A program made the translations under genes and the position numbers. A stretch of DNA of 64,000 nt, taken from Myxococcota bacterium. GTDB lineage: Bacteria; Myxococcota_A; UBA9160; UBA4427. Below the pieces are notes generated by a model. It was given only the letters and a program-made list of their open reading frames with translations. It had not been told where the DNA came from and did no database searches. Each line of letters starts with the position of its first letter. Positions within the stretch are counted from its first letter, which is position 1. Below, piece after piece: positions 10,301 to 17,877 of the stretch. The stretch lies in the NCBI GenBank assembly GCA_965250285.1, contig OZ252299.1, forward strand, positions 3,808,001-3,872,000. The letters are read 5' to 3'.

Positions 10301-11494
10301 ACCGTCGTCCCCGAGCCGACCCTGTCGTTCACCAGCACGAGAACGCTGATGGCCGCCGGTGGACGCACGCGGCTTTCCTGGAGCACCACGGACGTCGACA
10401 CCTGTGTCGCCGGGGGCAGCTGGCAAGGTGCGCGCGACCCGAGCGGCACGTCGGCGTGGCTGACGCCGCTCGAGACGGCTGACTATACGCTGACGTGCAC
10501 CGGCGTCGGCGGCGTCGCCTCGGAGACGCTGCAAGTGGTCGTCGACCCCGAGCGCGCCGTCGGCCGTCTGGCGAGCTGGGGCGAAGACGTCGAGGCGTTC
10601 CGCAACGACCTCGTCGTCGTGGCGAGCTTCGACGACGGCATCCACATCGTCGACATCTCGGACCCGACCTCGCCGACGATCGTCGACGCCTGGGATCCGG
10701 TCACGTGCATCGATGAGGAGATCTACGGCCCCGAAGTCGTCGACTTCATGGTCGAGGACGTCGAGATCGATGGCAGCCTCGCCTATCTCTCGACGGGTCC
10801 GTGTGGCGTGTGGATCGTCGACCTCGACGCGCTCGGCGACGACCCCGTCGCGATCTTCGACACCGAAGGCTGGACCGAGGCCGTCGAGCTCGCCGGCGAT
10901 ATCGCCTATGTGGCCGACTACAACGGCGGCGTCGTCGTGCTCGACGTGAGCGATCCGGCCGATCCGTTCGAGCTGACGCGCGTGGGCTTCGACGACCCGG
11001 ACATGGGCGCGGTGCTCGACATCGACGTGAGCGGCGACACCGCCTACGTCGCAGCCGATGGCGGGCTGCGTGTGCTCGACGTCAGCGATCCGAGTCTCGC
11101 CATCGAGATCGGTCGGTTCGATACCGAATCGATCCCGGGTGCGATCCCGCAAGACGTCCTCTACGTCGACGGGGTCGTCTACATGCCGATCTGGACGGCG
11201 GGTCTGCTGATCCTCTCGGCCGACGACCCGACGGCGCCGGTGCAGGAGGACTCGATCTCCACCGCGTACGCGATGTACGAAGTGAAGGCCGAGGGCACGA
11301 CCTTCTACGTCTCGGAGGGCACCGAAGGCGTGCGTGTCCTGCGCATCACGACGCCGCAGGATCAGACCGAGCTCGAGCGGATCGACCCGGGCAAGTTCGT
11401 CTGGGGCATCGAGCGCACCGGGGGCCGCACCGTCGTCAGCTTCGGTGACCTCGACGACGACAGCGGCGGTCTTCAGGTCATCATCGATCGCTGA
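4361..11494 (+). CDS. Giant secreted repeat protein (putative adhesin): 25 Ig-like repeats plus C-terminal LVIVD beta-propeller
   Basis: Signal peptide ending ...GLATAQSAAA-QS; 25 copies of LxWxxxxAxSC...YxxxCxG counted in the translation; C-terminal GIHIVDISDP, GVVVLDVSDP, GLRVLDVSDP repeats. Confidence 0.85.
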   Translation: MKRALRRTRVRSLTDGSATRRRAVERHVLLWFVLLTVGLATAQSAAAQSVTLSAAPDTMPTGGTSTLTWVTADVDTCTASDGWTGALDAAGGSQGVSPTTTTLYTVTCDGPGGQAVDSATITVGPAVTATLGADVDTIPLGGTSQLTWSSTDATSCIGTNFDTAGAASGSISVTPATTTLYSVTCTGTGGATSAPAQQTVSVGPAVTATLGADVDTIPLGGTSQLTWSSTDATSCAGTGFDTGAATSGSVAVAPTTTTLYSVVCTGAGGATSPAAEQTVTVGAAVTATLGADLATLPLGGSSLLTWSSTDATSCIGTNFDTAGATSGSAPVTPLTTTLYSVVCSGAGGATSAPAEQTVTVGAAVTASLGADVDTIPLGGSSLLTWSSTDATSCTGTGFETSGATSGSVAVAPTTTTLYALVCTGVGGATSSAAEQTVTVGAAVTATLDADFLSVPLGGTSQLTWSGANADSCTGTNFTTGDAAAGSVDVSPTATTVYSITCTGSGGATSNPVDVTVSVDPAVSATLITTPSAVPLGGSADLTWSSTSATSCTGTGFSTGGAPSGSISVAPATTTAYSVTCAGNGGASSAPADGSLTIGPPVTSSLSANPTTIALGGSSGLTWGSTDAISCTGTGFSTGGAASGTVSVSPGSSTIYSVTCVGAGGATSSAATASVAVGGGVTAFLTADFDAIPLGGSSLLSWSSSNATSCTGTGFTTGGAVAGSVPVSPTSTTVYAVDCTGSGGANDSAEFTVAVGPAISAALTATPDTIALGGASSLEWSSSNATSCTGIGFSTGGAVSGQIDVSPTTSSAYGVTCTGNGGANSPIAQATVTVSGPVAASLSATPAAIALGGSTTLEWSGVNATSCVGSGFDTGAAASGSVVVTPTADSDYSVTCTGAGGATSAPASTSVTVGAAVGATLTATPGQIAQGGTSTLDWSGDNATSCVGVGFSTGGAPSGSIDVAPATTTAYSVTCSGAGGATSPVANATVTVGAGVTASLVGNPTSIASGGSSELTWGSTNATSCTASSAQDAAWNGARSPGGGTVTVTPTVDSTYALTCTGAGGASSPPATTTITVGAAVTASLAANPTAMPLGGTSQLTWGSTNATSCTASSTDDPAWNGSRAVGGGTLDVTPTATATYTIVCAGAGGAESAPANVTVVVGSAVTVALTATPESIAPGGSSQLTWSSGSATSCTGTGFDTAGAPNGSAEVSPTTTTNYSVLCTGAGGATSPSAAASVTVGSAVAATLTATPSSIAQGGSSELSWSSVNATSCTGTGFATGGATSGSVSVSPILTTAYTLTCEGAGGATSPVQNANVSVGPAVTASLDATALSIALGGSSELSWSSTNATSCTASSAQDPSWSGGQPIGGGTLTVSPTVTSTYTLTCEGAGGATSTPASVTIAVGEAVTATLGATLTSIAQGGTSDLTWGSANASSCVASSAEDASWNGARSVAGGTVTVTPTVTSTYQLVCAGAGGASSTPATVTISVGGSVSAQLNAAPSIIAAGGSSTLTWSSSNATSCSGTGFSTSGATSGSVSVSPTTSTTYSMSCSGEGGAGSAPVNTTVTIAPLPTVTLTATPSTIAAGNSTTLDWVVSEASSCIASSDEDPSWAGARSPTGGSLGVTPAETATYTLSCTDAFDQQVEDSVTVIVSAGPTVELVASPETIAPLGSSSLSWSVDNAVSCTAFSAQDPAWTGSVPVDGGPVLVTPQTNATYTLTCTDAVGQAQNAEATVNITPTVTLTADPNNVLLGGSTALAWATTNATSCDASGALDWSGTVSTGPAAALVTPTVDTVYTITCTGPGGVAIDTAAVTVSSSPGDPPPTVILNADPLEVGNGGSSTLSWVTTDAVSCTASGAGDWSGSVPIGTASRVVRPTAPETVYTLTCANSVGAERSADITVRVAPPPALELSADPVRLAAGASTQINWSPTDAQSCSASAGWSGAKTSDGDTESIVVNETTTFTLECTGLSGTVSQSVTVTVVPEPTLSFTSTRTLMAAGGRTRLSWSTTDVDTCVAGGSWQGARDPSGTSAWLTPLETADYTLTCTGVGGVASETLQVVVDPERAVGRLASWGEDVEAFRNDLVVVASFDDGIHIVDISDPTSPTIVDAWDPVTCIDEEIYGPEVVDFMVEDVEIDGSLAYLSTGPCGVWIVDLDALGDDPVAIFDTEGWTEAVELAGDIAYVADYNGGVVVLDVSDPADPFELTRVGFDDPDMGAVLDIDVSGDTAYVAADGGLRVLDVSDPSLAIEIGRFDTESIPGAIPQDVLYVDGVVYMPIWTAGLLILSADDPTAPVQEDSISTAYAMYEVKAEGTTFYVSEGTEGVRVLRITTPQDQTELERIDPGKFVWGIERTGGRTVVSFGDLDDDSGGLQVIIDR
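4500..10545 (+). repeat. Intragenic tandem array of 25 units of about 237-250 bp (79-83 aa)
   Basis: GADVDTIPLGG encoded near 4754 and 4991 (237-bp period); each unit carries two Cys and a conserved Trp and Tyr. Confidence 0.9.
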
Positions 11495-11530
11495 GCGGGT
11501 TTCGGCGCGCTGCGCCGATGCGCCGCGACG

Positions 11531-13687
11531 TCAGAACTCGATCACGCCGGTATCGGGCATCACCTGGATCAGCTGCTCGATCTCGACGCCACCGGGCAGC
11601 TCGGCCACGAACGTGTGCAGGCCGGGTGCGATGACGAGATCGGCGATCGGCGCGACGCCGATGCGCTCGCCGTCCACGCTGAGCGTCGTGCCCGGCTCGA
11701 GCTCGACCCGCACCCGGGCATAGGCCGCTGCCGGCGCGCCGGGATCGGCCGCGTCGCGCGGGCCGATCACGATGGCCGTGACCGAGCCGTCGGCGGCCTC
11801 GCGGGCGGGCTCATTCGTCGACGCGGGCGTCGCAGATCGATCGCGCGCCGCCGGCGTTCGCTCGGGCTTCGCTGCGGGCGCTCTTCGCGCGGCGGCGGGT
11901 GTCGCCGGCACCGGCGCGCGAGCGGGCGCCGCCGCTGCACTGGGCGTGGCCAGCGCGACTGCGCGCGCCGTCGACGGCGCCGTCGACTCGGGCGAGGTGG
12001 TCATCGCGGGCGACGGGGCGACCGCCGCACCGAGCGCCGGCTTCGACTCGGGCCGGCTCGGCGCCGGGCGCGGAGGCGCAGCCGGCGCGACGGGCGCACG
12101 CGCGAGCGGGCCCGCCATCGGCGGCGCCAGCGCCGCGAGCGGACGGTCGGGCGCCAGGATCATTCGACGCGTGGGCAGATCGTGCGAGAGCAGCGGCAGC
12201 GAAGCGGATCCCTCGGCCTCGATCTCGACCGGCTCGGGCGATGCGGAGGCCGCCTCGTCGACAGCCGCCTCGGCGGTCGCGAGCGTGGGCGCGGCGGGGT
12301 CGCGATCGACGCGGCCCGCCATGTATCCACCCATGACCGCCGCAACCACCACGGCCGCCATGAGGATCCACTGCCGCTTCGCTGCCCCGATCGGTCGCGA
12401 CGGCTCCGGAGCCGCCGCCACGGACGCGGCTTCGCCTCTTTCTCCTGTTGTCGTCGTCGTCGTTGCCGACGCGGCATCGGCCACGCGCGGCGAGGCGGGC
12501 GGATCGGCCAGGCCGGTGGGGGGCGACGCTTCGGTCGACGGGGCCGAGGTGCGCGCGGTCGCCGGCGGCGACGACGCGCCGACCTGCGGCGCGGGGCTCA
12601 GCGGCCACGTGGAGGCAGCAGACGTCAGCGATGACGCCGGCGGCGGGGCCGAGGTGCGGTCGACGTCCGTTGACGCCGGGCGCTGTGTGTCCGGCGCTGA
12701 CTGATCTCGGCCCTGCGCGCCCTCGTCGGTCGCCGTCTCGTCGGGCGGCACGAGCGGCCCGATCCCCGTCTTGAGAAAACCGGGGGGAAACAGCTCGTGC
12801 ATCGGGTCCGACGCCTCGGCGCTGCGACGCGCGTCGCCCCCGAGGAGCCCGCCGCCGAGGCTTCCCTGGGCGTTCCAGACGTCTTCGAACGGCTGCGTGC
12901 GCGGGCGCGCGGGCGAAGCGCCCGGGTCCGCCGCGCCGTCATAACGGTCGGGAATCGGTTCGCCCGCCGCGAGCCTGCGCAGCGTCTCGTAGGCGAGCGC
13001 GTTCACGCGCCGCGGGTTGCCACGCGCCCCCTCGGTCACGTAGCGCATGGCTGATTCGTCGAACTTGTCCTCGAGTGCGGCCGCGTCGGAGGACTCGCCG
13101 AGATGACGACGGATGTACTCGGCGGTCTCCTCCGCATCCATGGGCGTATCGAAACGGACGGTCACGACGGCCGCTTCAGCTCCGATCTCGCGTTCGAACG
13201 ACGCCGCGTCGGCCTCATCCTCGGTCACCGCGAACACGACGCAGAGATCACCGCGTGCGCGCGTCGCGGCGCGGACCAGCTGCCGCGACGATGCGACCGG
13301 CGCATGCGTGGCCTGATCGACGATCACGAGCACGCGCCGCCCACGCGCCGCCGCATTGCGCGCGGCCAGCGCGAGTGCAGCCGAGGGATCGCCCTCGTCT
13401 TCGCGCTCGACCTCGAGCTGGTCGAGCACGCGGTGTGAGATCTCCATCGAGGGCGAAGGCGAGACCGCGATCCGCGCGACTCGCCACGAGCCCGCGAATC
13501 GCTCGTCGAGCACCGCGAGCAACATGCTCTTGCCGATCCCGGCCGGTCCGCGCAGAACGACGGCCGGCGCCACTTCGGAGACGAGCCGCTCGAGCTGGCC
13601 CAATGCGTCGTCGCTCGCGGGGCGCGAGACGTACACGCGCGCGTCCACGGCGACTTCGAAGGGATTGATCACGTTCGGGAGGCTCAC
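11531..13687 (-). CDS. ExeA/GspA-like AAA+ ATPase with Pro/Ala-rich linker, single TM helix and C-terminal PEGA-like domain
   Basis: N-terminal NPF, Walker A GPAGIGKS, Walker B LVIVDQA, ETAEYIRRHL, GNPRRVNALA; TM WILMAAVVVAAVMGGYMAG; C-terminal PGTTLSVDGERIGVAP...PGLHTF; GTG start at 13687 or 13672. Confidence 0.8.
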   Translation of the reverse strand: MSLPNVINPFEVAVDARVYVSRPASDDALGQLERLVSEVAPAVVLRGPAGIGKSMLLAVLDERFAGSWRVARIAVSPSPSMEISHRVLDQLEVEREDEGDPSAALALAARNAAARGRRVLVIVDQATHAPVASSRQLVRAATRARGDLCVVFAVTEDEADAASFEREIGAEAAVVTVRFDTPMDAEETAEYIRRHLGESSDAAALEDKFDESAMRYVTEGARGNPRRVNALAYETLRRLAAGEPIPDRYDGAADPGASPARPRTQPFEDVWNAQGSLGGGLLGGDARRSAEASDPMHELFPPGFLKTGIGPLVPPDETATDEGAQGRDQSAPDTQRPASTDVDRTSAPPPASSLTSAASTWPLSPAPQVGASSPPATARTSAPSTEASPPTGLADPPASPRVADAASATTTTTTGERGEAASVAAAPEPSRPIGAAKRQWILMAAVVVAAVMGGYMAGRVDRDPAAPTLATAEAAVDEAASASPEPVEIEAEGSASLPLLSHDLPTRRMILAPDRPLAALAPPMAGPLARAPVAPAAPPRPAPSRPESKPALGAAVAPSPAMTTSPESTAPSTARAVALATPSAAAAPARAPVPATPAAARRAPAAKPERTPAARDRSATPASTNEPAREAADGSVTAIVIGPRDAADPGAPAAAYARVRVELEPGTTLSVDGERIGVAPIADLVIAPGLHTFVAELPGGVEIEQLIQVMPDTGVIEF

Positions 13688-13895
13688 TGGCCCACAGCTC
13701 CGCGCTGAACCGAATCGGCTCGACCCCGCGCACGAAGGTGATCGAGCGCGAATCAACCGGTGCCGCGCGCACCGACGGCGGGCACCCCGGAACACTCAAG
13801 GGTGCACAGCGCTGGCGGCGATGACAACCCGAACGACCGGGTCGACGGGCGCGATGCCCACGAGGCGCCCGACCTACTCGGGCGTGCCTATTTTT

Positions 13896-13917
13896 GTCAA
13901 CAAATTCAATTGTTTAC
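13896..13917. promoter_or_regulatory. Imperfect inverted repeat in the divergent AAA / HlyD intergenic region (candidate operator)
   Basis: GTCAACAA-ATTCAA-TTGTTTAC in an AT-rich patch; overlaps a minus-strand TTGACA (13900-13895). Confidence 0.4.
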
Positions 13918-14131
13918 GAAGTCGACCCGATCGCGTCGCCAGCGTCTGAATTCGGAACGCGAGGGCGCAACCGCGGCCGCGACACCCGCTCGCGTCGCGC
14001 GAATCGGGGGACCGAGCGGGGCCGCGTGCGGGCGGCCACGAGCCAACCGCCCCGAGCCGGTCGAGCGTCGAAGCGCCGGGTGCGGGCCCTGTATCGTCTG
14101 CGCGGATCGATCGAGGAGCGGTGGAGCCGAC

Positions 14132-15019
14132 ATGCCGGAGCCCGAGCCGAAGGCACAGGACGAACCGCAGTCGCGAGCGGAAGTCGTCGCCAATCTCGTC
14201 GTCGTCGCGTTGCTGCTGATCGCGATCGGCGGCGGCCTGCTCGTGTACGTCGATCGCGATGGCCTGGGCCGCACGCAGGACGCCGTGGTGGCCGCCGACT
14301 CGATCCGCGTCACGGCCAACGTCTCGGGGCCGATCGACGAGCTCGCCGTCGTCGACAACCAGCGGGTCGAAGCAGGGGCCCTGCTCTTCCGCATCGATCG
14401 CCGGCCCTTCGAGGCGCGCGTCGAAGCGGCCAAGGGCCAGCACGCCGCCGCGCTCGCCACTGCCAAGGACGCGCAGATTCGCCTCAAGCGCGTGCAGGAA
14501 GAGTACGACGCGGGCAGCGTCGTCAGTCGGCAGTCGCTCGACGACGCCACCGCGGCAGCGGATCACGCGCAGGCCGAGGTCGCAGAGACGGCGGGCCTGC
14601 TGGCGCTGGCCCAGGTCGAGCTCGCGTACTGCGAAGTGCACGCGCCGTTCGCAGGCATCGTGACCGGGCTCGACACCCAGGTCGGCGAGTACGTTTCGGC
14701 CGGCGACACGATCTTCGCTTTGATCGACGCCGACAGCTTTCACGTGCTCGCGTACATGAAGGAGCAGTATCTGGCCCCCGCCGTGCCCGGTGCTCGCGCC
14801 GAGGTCACGCTCTGGCAGTACCCCGACGAGGTCTTCGACGGCGAGGTCGTGAGCGTCGCGCGCGGGGTCTACACCCTCGACAACGTGAGCGGCGTACCCG
14901 TCGTCGAGAAGACGCTCGATTGGGTGCAGCTCGCCGCGCGGATCCCGGTGCGGATCCGCCTCGATACCGATCGCCCCCTCACGATGGGCACGACCGCCCA
15001 CGTCCGGATCGTCGAGTGA
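14132..15019 (+). CDS. HlyD/AaeA-family membrane fusion protein
   Basis: N-terminal TM; TQDAVVAADSIRVTANVSGPI; GALLFRIDRRPFEA; VHAPFAGIV; LDWVQLAARIPVRI. Confidence 0.9.
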   Translation: MPEPEPKAQDEPQSRAEVVANLVVVALLLIAIGGGLLVYVDRDGLGRTQDAVVAADSIRVTANVSGPIDELAVVDNQRVEAGALLFRIDRRPFEARVEAAKGQHAAALATAKDAQIRLKRVQEEYDAGSVVSRQSLDDATAAADHAQAEVAETAGLLALAQVELAYCEVHAPFAGIVTGLDTQVGEYVSAGDTIFALIDADSFHVLAYMKEQYLAPAVPGARAEVTLWQYPDEVFDGEVVSVARGVYTLDNVSGVPVVEKTLDWVQLAARIPVRIRLDTDRPLTMGTTAHVRIVE

Positions 15020-16011
15020 GTTCGCTCGCGATTCGACGCGCGCTCGTCGCGGCGTTCGCGGCCGCCGTGGGGGTCGGCATCGGTCACGGGATGACCCTCG
15101 GGCACTCGCATTGGTCGGTCATCACCGGGCTTACCCTGATCGCGCCCGCAGCCGACGGCACATGGATGCGCGCCTGCCTGCGCGTCGCCGGCACGAGCGC
15201 GTGTGCGATCTGGGTGATCGCCCTCTTCGGCGTCGCCGATCCGCAGCCTCAGTGGATCATCTTCGTGAGCCTCGCTGCCATGGTGTTGGGCTTCGCCATC
15301 GTCCCCTACACGCGGGCGCAGTACGCGGTGACGCTCTTTCTGCCTCTCAGCGCGATGTTCGCCATGTCGGCCCTCGACGCACCCGAGACCGCGCCGACCC
15401 TCGTCGGCGACCGCATCTTCTTCATCGCGCTCGGCGCCGTCCTCGTCACACTCGGCTGCGTCGTCCTGCGGTGCGAACGGGGGGCGGCCGGGCCACCGCC
15501 GGCGATGACGCTGACCGAGAGCCTCGACCGCGCGCTTCGCATCGGGCTCGCATGCGTGCTCTGCTCGGTGCTGGCCGCCGTCGTCCGCCGCCCCGAGCTC
15601 GCAAGCATGATGTGGGTCACGACGCTGGTGCTCGGCCTGGTCACGGGGCACGGCGCGCGACGCGACAAGGCGTCGCTCCGCCTCGGGGGCGCGCTGGCAG
15701 GCGGCATCACGACCGTTCTCGTCTACGTGTTCTTGATGGACTCGATGACGAGCATCTACAGCCTGATGGTCGTGGTGTTCGTCGTCACCTGGCTCTGCGG
15801 GCTACTCGTCAGTATGCCGTCGGTGTCGTACCTGGGCGTACAGGCGGGCATGGTCTTCGCGTGGAGCCTCGGCGACGCGCCGCGGCCGAGCGACGATCTG
15901 ATTCAACCCCTGACCCGTGTCTTTCAGGTCATCGCAGCGACGGTCATCCTGATGGCCGTGTACCGGATCAGGCTGCCCTCTCGAGTCTTCGCGAACACGA
16001 AGGCGGCCTGA
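15016..16011 (+). CDS. FUSC/AaeB-like inner-membrane efflux subunit
   Basis: GTGA overlap with the HlyD stop; two repeats of W/M-x-x-I/V-T...R-x-x-G (MRACLRVAGT, DKASLRLGGA); multiple TM helices. Confidence 0.75.
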   Translation: MSSLAIRRALVAAFAAAVGVGIGHGMTLGHSHWSVITGLTLIAPAADGTWMRACLRVAGTSACAIWVIALFGVADPQPQWIIFVSLAAMVLGFAIVPYTRAQYAVTLFLPLSAMFAMSALDAPETAPTLVGDRIFFIALGAVLVTLGCVVLRCERGAAGPPPAMTLTESLDRALRIGLACVLCSVLAAVVRRPELASMMWVTTLVLGLVTGHGARRDKASLRLGGALAGGITTVLVYVFLMDSMTSIYSLMVVVFVVTWLCGLLVSMPSVSYLGVQAGMVFAWSLGDAPRPSDDLIQPLTRVFQVIAATVILMAVYRIRLPSRVFANTKAA

Positions 16012-16132
16012 AGACCGCAGCGGCTGCCCGGCGAGCGCCTCGTCGCGAGCCTGACTATGCTGCCGCCACTGCTTCGCCTGGTCGTCGCATGACGATCGAC
16101 GCGCTTCGAATCGACAGAGGGAGAAGGTCGCC

Positions 16133-16378
16133 ATGAACCGAGCCACGACGCGGATCCGACGAATCTCGAGCCACCTGTTCCTGGCCTCGATGCTGGCCGG
16201 GGGCGCGTTCGGTTGCGGGAGTGACGACGACTACCGAGGCCTGCAGCCCGCTCATGAAGAGGCGGTGCCGAACTCGGACGCGCAGGATGCGATGACCGAG
16301 GAAGAGCGCAAGAAGCAGCAGATCCGCATGGAGCAGGCGACCGAGGCGAAAGAGTTCGAAGAGGCGCAGCAGCAGTAG
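16133..16378 (+). CDS. Small putative lipoprotein of unknown function
   Basis: RBS GGGAGAAGG upstream; basic N-terminus, hydrophobic core and AFG-C lipobox; charged helical mature part. Confidence 0.6.
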   Translation: MNRATTRIRRISSHLFLASMLAGGAFGCGSDDDYRGLQPAHEEAVPNSDAQDAMTEEERKKQQIRMEQATEAKEFEEAQQQ

Positions 16379-16423
16379 CGCTTCGCTCTCGCGCATAATG
16401 CCTGCGCGTACCGCCGCAGACGC

Positions 16424-17731
16424 TCAGCCCGAATCGGCGTTCTTCGGTGAGGCCGACTCTTCGACCGGTCGACCCGTGCGGAGCGTGCTGATCTCGACGA
16501 TGCCCGGCCGAAAGAACGTGCCCCAGAGCCAGTCGAAGGCGATCTGCAATCGCCGGGCGAGGCTTGGCATCTTCGACCAGTAGATCGCGCGCCACATCAG
16601 GTAGGCCGGCCAACCGGTCACATGTCGGCCGAACGGGTTGCCCACGGCGCGGCCGCGGCCGACCGCCGCGAACATCCCCTTCGTGTGATAGCGGAAGGGC
16701 TTGGGCTGACCCCCAGCGATCACCGCCGCCAGGTTCTCGGCGAGCTGATGCGCCTGCCGCACGGCGAACTGGCCGAGGGTCGGCGAGATGCTCCCGTCGA
16801 ATGCGTTCGGCACCGCCGCGCAGTCGCCGAGGGCCCAGACGTCTTCGCGCCCCTCGACCCGCATCTCGCCCGAGACGACGACGCGTTTGCGGTCCATCGG
16901 CAGCGACGCCTTGGCCAGCAGGGGTTGCACGTTGGTCCCGACCGCGCAGACCACGGTTCCGGCCTCGAGCGAATCGCCGTCGCCGAACTCGATGCCGTGC
17001 GCCGTCACGGCCTTCACCGAGGCGCGATTGCGCACCTCGACGCCGCGGTCTTCGAGATCGCGCTTTGCGCGGGCCGACAGATCTTCGGGGAGCGGCCCGA
17101 GGATGCGTGGGCCGCCGTCGACCAGCGTGACGCGCCGATCCGCCGGACCGAAGCGTTCGTAGAAGTCGGTGGCCTCGATGAGGAGGTCCACGATCGACCC
17201 GGCGACCTCGACGCCCGTGAAGCCGCCGCCGACCACCGCGAAGGAGAGTCTGCGCGCGCGCTGCGCGGGATCGGGCTCGTCCTCGGCCATCTCGAGCTGT
17301 TGGATGACGTGATTGCGGAGCGCGAGCGCGTCGCCGAGGGTCTTGAGCGGCCAGGCGTGGTGTTCCATCCCCGGCACGATCGTGAGGTCGGCCGCCTGGC
17401 CGCAGGCGAGCACGAGGTGGTCGTACGGCTCTCGGAGGGTCTGGCCGCTCGGGCTCTCGTAGACGACCTCTCTGGCGTCCAGATCGATGTCGAGGATTGC
17501 GGCGGTTCGGCAGGACACCCCCTGGACCATCTCGCGCACGGGCCACACGACGTGAAGGGGGTCGACGGCCGCACCCACGACCTCGGCCAGCAAGGGCGTG
17601 AAGACGAAGTGGTTCTCTCGACTGAACACGAGGATCTCGTAGCCCGCAGGCAGCTTGCGGCGGAGATCACCCGCCAGCGTGGCGCCGGCAAAGCCGCCAC
17701 CGATGATCACGATCCGCCCCGACCCCGACAT
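16424..17731 (-). CDS. ndh: Type II NADH:quinone oxidoreductase (NDH-2) family
   Basis: Two dinucleotide-binding motifs GGGFAG and GGGFTGVE; FTPLLAEV; WALGDCA; QFAVRQA; C-terminal GWPAYLMWRAIY. Confidence 0.85.
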   Translation of the reverse strand: MSGSGRIVIIGGGFAGATLAGDLRRKLPAGYEILVFSRENHFVFTPLLAEVVGAAVDPLHVVWPVREMVQGVSCRTAAILDIDLDAREVVYESPSGQTLREPYDHLVLACGQAADLTIVPGMEHHAWPLKTLGDALALRNHVIQQLEMAEDEPDPAQRARRLSFAVVGGGFTGVEVAGSIVDLLIEATDFYERFGPADRRVTLVDGGPRILGPLPEDLSARAKRDLEDRGVEVRNRASVKAVTAHGIEFGDGDSLEAGTVVCAVGTNVQPLLAKASLPMDRKRVVVSGEMRVEGREDVWALGDCAAVPNAFDGSISPTLGQFAVRQAHQLAENLAAVIAGGQPKPFRYHTKGMFAAVGRGRAVGNPFGRHVTGWPAYLMWRAIYWSKMPSLARRLQIAFDWLWGTFFRPGIVEISTLRTGRPVEESASPKNADSG

Positions 17732-17877
17732 GTGTGCAAGCTACTCCATCTCGGCCGGTCGGCACTCGAACGCGGCTTCTCAGTCGACCGTTTCGCTGAT
17801 TCGAGCGCGCAGATCCGTGTATATTCGCAGGCGGCGTGGGCGGCCTCGAACGTCGCCCCTCGACGAGTGATCCTATC

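Noticed and set aside
4500..10545. Repeat array as a CRISPR, a diversity-generating retroelement or a mis-assembly
   Set aside because: The repeats are in frame and differ mostly at synonymous sites; no reverse transcriptase or adenine-specific variation; the units are too divergent for assembly collapse
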